From the IMG/VR virus record IMGVR_UViG_3300013307_000015: a DNA stretch of 64,000 bases; one strand, written 5' to 3'. This DNA is from a virus (lineage: Duplodnaviria > Heunggongvirae > Uroviricota > Caudoviricetes). The notes under the pieces were generated by a model. It saw only the letters and a program-made list of their open reading frames with translations. It was not told the DNA's origin and ran no database searches. Shown here one piece after another: positions 58,223-64,000 of the stretch (the first letter of the stretch is position 1; each line of letters begins with the position of its first letter). The translations under genes were made by a program, and so were the position numbers.

Positions 58223-58290
58223 GTTTCATGCAGTAAGTCCAGAGATCTGTAGTACCCCAGGCAGAGATGCCACTTTAGGAGAAGTAGACC

Positions 58291-58542
58291 ATGTTGTACT
58301 TGAAAGCGATGTCAGATGAAAATCTCGCGGATACCGATCCGATGAAACACTACACGCTGCACCCCATTCCGGATGATTCAGCGTTGTCGTTTGGTGCAAG
58401 TGATATCCGTGAAAACGGTGTACGCGCCAGTTGGTTCACCAACCGTGGTTTGCAAACGGTTGAACTTACCGGCAACGCCTACGTGCTGAACGCACAAGGC
58501 AAGACGATTGCCAGCCATGGCATTCCTGGAAAAGCTGTCTGA
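58291..58542 (+). CDS. hypothetical protein
   Basis: RBS TAGGAGAAG. Confidence 0.5.
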   Translation: MLYLKAMSDENLADTDPMKHYTLHPIPDDSALSFGASDIRENGVRASWFTNRGLQTVELTGNAYVLNAQGKTIASHGIPGKAV

Positions 58543-59002
58543 TGAGCCGTTCGAGTCGGCAAACTGAATCCTTAACCTAAGCCTCCTCAGCTTTGGTGGA
58601 TTTCGTTGGGTGCAAGGCCCGCGAAAGCAGAGGATCACATCCCAAGCTCTTGGAAGGACCTCGGGATGGTGAGCATGATTGCATAGGACGTAAGGGATAC
58701 AACCGCTTTGACCGGCGGTTTCTGTCCGGAGTGCATCAACTCTTTAGATCCTCGAACTAACAGCCGGATGCGCGAGCGTCAAGTTGTAACCTTCTAACCG
58801 AAAGGAGGAAGGACGCAGCCTGTAAGAACCTATCTAAGTGAAAGCAGACACTCGTGGACTGACCTCCGCGTGAGGTAACGACCGGTCAGGATCGTTATCG
58901 AAGATTTAGGTATCTTACGGGATGCGGAGTTATGAACCGACATCGCCTCCTAGCCGGGAGCGCCTGGGAGGGAATCGCTTGGTTCCCTCCCAAACAGCCT
59001 CT

Positions 59003-59088
59003 ATCTTCCCGCAGCTTCGAGTCACACCACCATTCGTGTTCGGCAAATCCGAGCGAGTTGGGGCAATGTGCCTAGGCTGCGGGAAGAT
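59003..59088 (+). other. 86-nt hairpin closed by a perfect 13-bp stem ATCTTCCCGCAGC / GCTGCGGGAAGAT inside a 640-bp ORF-free region
   Basis: exact inverted repeat read from sequence. Confidence 0.4.
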
Positions 59089-59218
59089 GTGGGTTGGCTG
59101 CCTGCGTCGATCGAAGCGTTGAGAGTACGGTGGTTCATGGGAGAGGGACGGGGAGGGAGCGGCGACTTCCTCCCCTTTCCTTTTTATGCCGAAAAGAAAC
59201 TGGAAGGAAACCAAGAAA

Positions 59219-59788
59219 ATGCGCTATTGGCTTGACACGGAGTTCAACGGTTACGAAGGTGCGCTCATTTCACTGGCACTCGTTCGTGAAGACAACGAGT
59301 ATCTGTACGTGATTCTGCCCAGACCGGCGAATATTACGGACTGGGTGAAAGAGAACGTGATGCCGATTCTCGAAGCAGTTCCGCAACGCGTGAAGCCGAA
59401 AAAGCTCATGCATTCGCAGCTGGGTCAAGCAATCGAGACCTTCATGAAGGGCGACGAGGATCCCGTCATCATCACGGACTGGCCGGACGACATCACGTAC
59501 TTCTGCGAGAATATTCTGACAGGTCCGGGTACGATGATCAATATCCCGCGTCTGTCGTTCCGCATGCATCGGGTGGACGCGTATCCGAACACGATCTTTG
59601 ATCGAGAGTCGGGCATGGCAGCTGTGCAGCACAATGCTTATTGGGATGCGCTGTCATTGATGGTCAAGTGCATCGACGAGAACCTCGAACAAGGTCCAGA
59701 AGTCTGCCCGATTTGTGGACTGAATGGTAAGCATCCGCACAAAAGACTCAAGGAAGCTTTTCTAGGAGACTCGAAGAAGAGTAAGTAA
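59219..59788 (+). CDS. DEDDh 3'-5' exonuclease (oligoribonuclease/DnaQ-like)
   Basis: RYWLDTEFNGY (Exo I D-x-E), ITDWPDD (Exo II), VQHNAYWDALS (Exo III H-x-A-x-x-D). 189 aa, Orn-sized. Confidence 0.65.
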   Translation: MRYWLDTEFNGYEGALISLALVREDNEYLYVILPRPANITDWVKENVMPILEAVPQRVKPKKLMHSQLGQAIETFMKGDEDPVIITDWPDDITYFCENILTGPGTMINIPRLSFRMHRVDAYPNTIFDRESGMAAVQHNAYWDALSLMVKCIDENLEQGPEVCPICGLNGKHPHKRLKEAFLGDSKKSK

Positions 59789-60307
59789 TTACTCCAGCAC
59801 CCCTATTATATGCGAGAGTAGCCCCGCCTTTCGCGATCACGGTTTGTCTGTCACCTCCTTTCTGGTAGATCGACTCTGATTGCACCTCCATCTTTAGGCC
59901 GGGCCTTAGGCTTTCGCAAGCCGGAGTCGTTGTCCGGACGCGCTAACTTTCCGTGTAGGCGCGAAGCCTGGTTTCCGACATTACCTGCGATAGCGCGTAG
60001 GCGTCGGATAAACGGACCGGGTAGAGCTACGCTAGGCTCTATCAAGTTGTACTGCCGGTACGCGGCCTGACGCTTTACGCGTCGCTGGGCCATTGCGGGC
60101 ATTCCTTGTTTCAGAAGGTTTGTACCCGCGCGCTGGTGCCGTGAATGTGCAGCCTACAATGCTTCTTTGCCCAAGTGCGCATAGGACAATGATGCATTGT
60201 GGGAAGTACATTCGAAACGCAAGACCGCAGTCGATTTCTGACGACTCCACTCGCTACGTGAAATTGACAAATCGGACTCGGTTTTGCTTTCTGTGCTTCG
60301 GTGTAGG

Positions 60308-60337
60308 GGGAGGCTTCGGCCTCCCTTCTATGCCATC
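60308..60337 (+). terminator. UUCG hairpin gggaggc-ttcg-gcctccc + TTCTATGCCATCA box
   Basis: read from sequence. Confidence 0.45.
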
Positions 60338-60359
60338 AACCAATGAACAAGGATAAGAA

Positions 60360-60842
60360 ATGGATCTTCTCTACCATGCCTCGGCATTCAAGCAGGATGA
60401 ACTGAAACCGGGCTTTCAGCATTCCGGTAATAAAGTCATGTGGGACCAGACCGAATCGAACATCTGGCTCTACGCGACAACGCTGCGTGACGAAGCCATC
60501 AGCATGGGCTTCGCTTCTGCGGTGGAGAAGAAGTACGACGTGATTCGCTACAAGACCGACGGCAAGAAGATTCACTTCGGTCATGCGCAAGGCGCGGACT
60601 TGTCGATTGACAAGGTACTGGACGTTACCGTCTATTTGTACACGATCCAGTACGACAAAAAAGATGGCTGGGAGAAAGTGAACAACAAGTTCAACGGCAT
60701 GGATCAGGAATACAAGACGACTCGCATGATCAAGAAGAATATCTTGAAGCGAGAAGAGATCAACCTGGACGAGTGGGTGAAAGATAAGCACATCACCTTC
60801 GCACAGGAGAGCCTGCCACTGCCATTATTCGCGAAGTGGTAA
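60360..60842 (+). CDS. hypothetical protein (AT-richer, K/D/Y-rich)
   Basis: RBS AAGGATAAG. Confidence 0.55.
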   Translation: MDLLYHASAFKQDELKPGFQHSGNKVMWDQTESNIWLYATTLRDEAISMGFASAVEKKYDVIRYKTDGKKIHFGHAQGADLSIDKVLDVTVYLYTIQYDKKDGWEKVNNKFNGMDQEYKTTRMIKKNILKREEINLDEWVKDKHITFAQESLPLPLFAKW

Positions 60843-60852
60843 TCTAGATTTT

Positions 60853-60894
60853 TTCAGTCACATATAACTTTCGCGAGTTGGTAAGTAGATCAAC
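60853..60894 (+). promoter_or_regulatory. conserved TTCAGTCACATATAACT + hairpin GAGTTGgtaagtagatCAAC element (copy 2)
   Basis: near-identical to 5054-5097. Confidence 0.45.
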
Positions 60895-60961
60895 ATTTGT
60901 TTCGGGGTAGGGTGCAAGCTCTATCCCGGAATATGCCCTAACTACATTCGAAGGAACTATT

Positions 60962-61408
60962 GTGATTGACGCCAAACTTGAAACCATTCTCGACAAGGAC
61001 GAAGAGGATTTCAAAATCGACGACTTGATCTACATGGTCCAGTTGTTGCGTGAAGATAAATCCCTTGTTGAGTATTACAAGAAAAGACGCATCGAGTTCA
61101 ACGGGGACAAGAACGTTCTCGATAGCTCCTGCGACATCTCATCGGAAATTCAGGCCATGTTTCCTGAATACGACGAAGATAACCTGGAAGCAATCCAAGG
61201 ATATCTACAAGACAATAGCAGTCTCAACTACCTGCTGGTAAAGCCGACGGGTAAGGACCAGGAAAACTACAGCATCAAGGGATCGATGCTTCGGAAACTG
61301 TACGCTGCTGGAATTCAGTTCTCCGTCGATTTCGAGTTTGTTCCGCAAGAGGATGATCATTATCCGGTGGCACTTCTCGAAGTCGAGCATTTCATTTTGC
61401 GCATCTAA
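60962..61408 (+). CDS. hypothetical protein (AT-richer)
   Basis: GTG start after CTACATTCGAAGGAACTATT leader. Confidence 0.5.
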   Translation: MIDAKLETILDKDEEDFKIDDLIYMVQLLREDKSLVEYYKKRRIEFNGDKNVLDSSCDISSEIQAMFPEYDEDNLEAIQGYLQDNSSLNYLLVKPTGKDQENYSIKGSMLRKLYAAGIQFSVDFEFVPQEDDHYPVALLEVEHFILRI

Positions 61409-61430
61409 ATCAATTCGAAGGAACTAAGAA

Positions 61431-62138
61431 ATGAATTTCGTCATTGTGGACAACACGTTTTCGTTCGAGCAAATCCTGAACTTCCCGTTTGCATTGGGAA
61501 GCTTTAATCGGGCATGCAAGAGCAACGAAGAAGCCATCCAGCTGATGATGGGTCATCGCATCCATCGGGCTGAACACAAGGAGCGTGAAATCCTGCGTGA
61601 GCTGCTCAAGGAGCTGAAGGCGCAAGAGCTGGTGGATCGTCTCGATCGGGTGACATATACCGACGAGATCCTGATTTATGAACCGAGTCCGGTACGTGGT
61701 GAGGTAGAAGACCTGATCGTGCCGGAATTGACGGTTCGCTTGCCGGATGCATTCGGCGAAGGCGTCGAAGAGACGTTCAGTTTCTGGGAACACCCGATCA
61801 TTCGGAATGTACCGGGCTTTACGCTGCTCGGTCGCTACTACGGCTACCCGGAATGCTGTATCGAGACGTTCATCGAACGGGTTCATCTCGGCATGGCTCA
61901 TCCTCACTTCACAGTGATCGGGGAGCGATCGCAAGGCTATCCGTGCATCGTTTGCGATAAGCACGCCGAGATGAAGTCGGCTGAAGTAGAGGAGATTGTC
62001 AACAAGAACCGGCACGCATCCTATCCCGTCGATAAGTTGGCGGGACCGGTTGCTGCGGATCGTCCGTATCAACAATTGCATTACTTGCTGGCTTTGCAAC
62101 AAGGCAAGCTCACCAAGAAGTATGACATTGGAGATTGA
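61431..62138 (+). CDS. hypothetical protein
   Basis: CAATTCGAAGGAACTAAGAA leader; preferred over the 323-aa antisense ORF. Confidence 0.55.
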   Translation: MNFVIVDNTFSFEQILNFPFALGSFNRACKSNEEAIQLMMGHRIHRAEHKEREILRELLKELKAQELVDRLDRVTYTDEILIYEPSPVRGEVEDLIVPELTVRLPDAFGEGVEETFSFWEHPIIRNVPGFTLLGRYYGYPECCIETFIERVHLGMAHPHFTVIGERSQGYPCIVCDKHAEMKSAEVEEIVNKNRHASYPVDKLAGPVAADRPYQQLHYLLALQQGKLTKKYDIGD

Positions 62139-62139
62139 C

Positions 62140-62259
62140 ATGCTCAGGTTTATACTCTTCGCCGGTTTCTTCATCTGGATCGGCATGCTGGTGGCGAAGC
62201 ATTCGAAAGCCAGCTGGATCGACAAGGCAACTGGGACCAAGGAAGATCCCAAGGAGTAG
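62140..62259 (+). CDS. tiny membrane peptide (39 aa)
   Basis: RBS GGAG; FILFAGFFIWIGMLVA. Confidence 0.3.
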   Translation: MLRFILFAGFFIWIGMLVAKHSKASWIDKATGTKEDPKE

Positions 62260-62406
62260 TACGAATTTACCCCGTCGGTTAATCTGATGGGCCGTAGCGT
62301 AGAGCTACTTGTAGCGAGTGGTCTGTTGATACGTAATGGGCGACAACAGAGCAGCACGGGAGACCAGCTCCCTTTCACCAATCATCATTCGAAGAAAGAG
62401 TTTATC

Positions 62407-62820
62407 ATGAGTGAAGCAAGCAAAATGAAGCTGGTACTCAGCATGGGTATCTATCAAGAATTTATCGGCGGGTACTGGCGCGACATTGAATACCTCGAAG
62501 CTCCACTGGAACTGTATGGCGTCAAAAGCATCTCGCAAGAAATCAACGATCCGGGCTGGCGCTTCGACGTCGTCTTCACGGACTTCGATACGGCCAAAGC
62601 GGCCGCCAATAAGACCGGCTGGGACATCAGCAATGAGGACAACACTGTCCTCTTTCCGACGTCATCATTCGATAGCAGCGCTGCCGCGATTCAAGTCATT
62701 CTGACAACGGAGACTTCGGCACATCGTCGGGTTCTTTGGCGTAAATGGGCAATCGAGATCTTCGAACGCAAACCGAAGAACATCTTGCCGCCGACGTTCG
62801 TTCCGAGTCACGGTTACTGA
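62407..62820 (+). CDS. hypothetical protein
   Basis: RBS GAAGAAAGAG. Confidence 0.5.
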   Translation: MSEASKMKLVLSMGIYQEFIGGYWRDIEYLEAPLELYGVKSISQEINDPGWRFDVVFTDFDTAKAAANKTGWDISNEDNTVLFPTSSFDSSAAAIQVILTTETSAHRRVLWRKWAIEIFERKPKNILPPTFVPSHGY

Positions 62821-62836
62821 TCAGGGAGAAAAGAAA

Positions 62837-63550
62837 ATGGGCGTCAAGATTGAAGTGTTGTACACGAAGGACACGCCGTTCGTTGACATGATCGCGCACC
62901 TGCGCGAATTGATCTACGACGTAGCGCAGCAAGACCCTCGCCCGTTGACGTTCATCCCGGTGCCGTTTCTTGAACGTGTTCTTGAAACGCGTTCGTTGAC
63001 GGTGATCCACGATGCAATGGATCAACTCGCGGATGTCTTCACGCAAGAATGGCGCGGAAAGGACTGGTCGATTGTCGACGGCAATCCTGATCCGAACGAT
63101 CTGAAAGCCGTACTCTGGATGAAGCAGACCAACAACCTAGACGCAATCTGGTTGTTGTGTCATGAATTGCTCGCGCAACCCAAACGCAACATCGACGCCT
63201 TGTCACGAGTCTGGCATCGGCGCGAAGCCGAAACGTTGATGGAGTGGATCAACAAACGCACTCCGGCAAAGAACACACCGGAAGACATCGAGTCGATCAT
63301 CAAGCTCGTCCGGGACACGGCAGGTGAGCCGGATAAAGCCGAACGGCAGTTGTACGACGACCTGCTCGCTAGTCGTCCAGTCTCATTGGAATTGCTTTCG
63401 CAAAAGCAGCAACCGAGTTCCCCGATGGACATCGCGGCAGCGAAAGTGCTGAAATCGCACCACGAAGCCGGGACGCTCGATTCGGTCACCGATGCGCAGC
63501 TGGAGCAGCAGGTGAAAGAGCAGTATCTGAAGGATCAGGAGCAGAAGTAA
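62837..63550 (+). CDS. hypothetical protein
   Basis: RBS AGGGAGAAAAG. Confidence 0.55.
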   Translation: MGVKIEVLYTKDTPFVDMIAHLRELIYDVAQQDPRPLTFIPVPFLERVLETRSLTVIHDAMDQLADVFTQEWRGKDWSIVDGNPDPNDLKAVLWMKQTNNLDAIWLLCHELLAQPKRNIDALSRVWHRREAETLMEWINKRTPAKNTPEDIESIIKLVRDTAGEPDKAERQLYDDLLASRPVSLELLSQKQQPSSPMDIAAAKVLKSHHEAGTLDSVTDAQLEQQVKEQYLKDQEQK

Positions 63551-63637
63551 ATTGCAGGTGTAGTACCGGGGGTTAGCCATCTCCGTTGTTTTAGGCCAGT
63601 AGTAAATCTCTTACATTCGATCAAGGAAATAGATATC

Positions 63638-64000
63638 ATGGCAGCTAAGAACCAAAAACAACGTAACTACTTCAACGAATACCTCGAAGCCGCGATGGAA
63701 CGCGTCAATCGAGCCAAGTCGAAGTTCTTCGCCCGTCTGACGATGGAATACTTCGAGAACCTCGCGATCGTCACGATCACCGTCGGTGAACGCCAGCAAA
63801 TGGCGTGCTTCGTCGATGACATGCCCGTCTTCACGTACTGGCTCACGAAGGAGCAGCGCACGCCGCTGGTGGCCCGTATGTACAAGCAAGGCATCAGTGG
63901 TGTGAAGATCGCGCAGTTCCTCAAGCTGTCGGCATCGACGATCTACAACGACCTGAAGTACATCCGCGAAGTCTCGCCGTTCAAGATCGAGAACCGCACG
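63638..64000 (+). CDS. HTH-containing protein (regulator or terminase-small-subunit-like), partial at window end
   Basis: CTTACATTCGATCAAGGAAATAG leader; QGISGVKIAQFLKLSASTIYNDLKYIRE helix-turn-helix; no stop before the window end. Confidence 0.45.
   Translation, partial: MAAKNQKQRNYFNEYLEAAMERVNRAKSKFFARLTMEYFENLAIVTITVGERQQMACFVDDMPVFTYWLTKEQRTPLVARMYKQGISGVKIAQFLKLSASTIYNDLKYIREVSPFKIENRT

Noticed and set aside
61410-62381. 323-aa - strand ORF
   Set aside because: Antisense to 61431-62138, which carries the conserved ACATTCGAAGGAA leader; no RBS on the - strand.
1-64000. CRISPR array, integrase/recombinase, transposase, IS elements
   Set aside because: No direct-repeat/spacer periodicity, no tyrosine/serine recombinase or DDE motifs found in any frame. 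The only repeats are the short regulatory boxes and terminator hairpins described above.

Overview
This window looks like a 64 kb segment of a large tailed phage (myovirus- or jumbo-phage-like) of a Gram-negative host. GC is about 55%, read by eye. The host guess rests on a Pseudomonas-type dCTP deaminase, an E. coli PpiB-like cyclophilin, and a gene with a YadA-type outer-membrane anchor. About 110 genes are densely packed with overlapping stop/start codons (ATGA, GTGA, TGATG), and all but one sit on the + strand. A LamG-domain tail-fibre pair lies at 252-3262, and a second fibre cluster at 24065-28272 (964-aa fibre plus two fibre-related genes). A nucleotide / ADP-ribose metabolism island spans roughly 8.6-24.0 kb: thymidylate kinase, macro domain, HicB-like, ThyA-like, MazG-like, NADAR and DHH/DHHA1 phosphoesterase. 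Other calls are dCTP deaminase, an SPFH/band-7 protein, a SLOG/MoCo-carrier-like protein, and a DEDDh oligoribonuclease-like exonuclease. A complete trimeric-autotransporter adhesin with collagen-like repeats follows the fibre cluster. The only convincing minus-strand gene is a papain-like C1 peptidase. An ORF-poor region at 57340-60360 holds tRNA-Ser(GCT), tRNA-Asn(GTT), two tRNA-like 3' fragments and long hairpin-rich non-coding stretches. Three families of repeated intergenic sequence recur across the window. They are UUCG-tetraloop terminators followed by a TTTATGCCGTCA box, a ~60-bp TTCAGTyACATATAAC + hairpin element, and an ACATTCGAAGGAA leader just upstream of start codons. Most proteins are hypothetical, and functions were inferred from motifs only, with no database search possible. 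No capsid, terminase, polymerase, integrase or CRISPR was seen.
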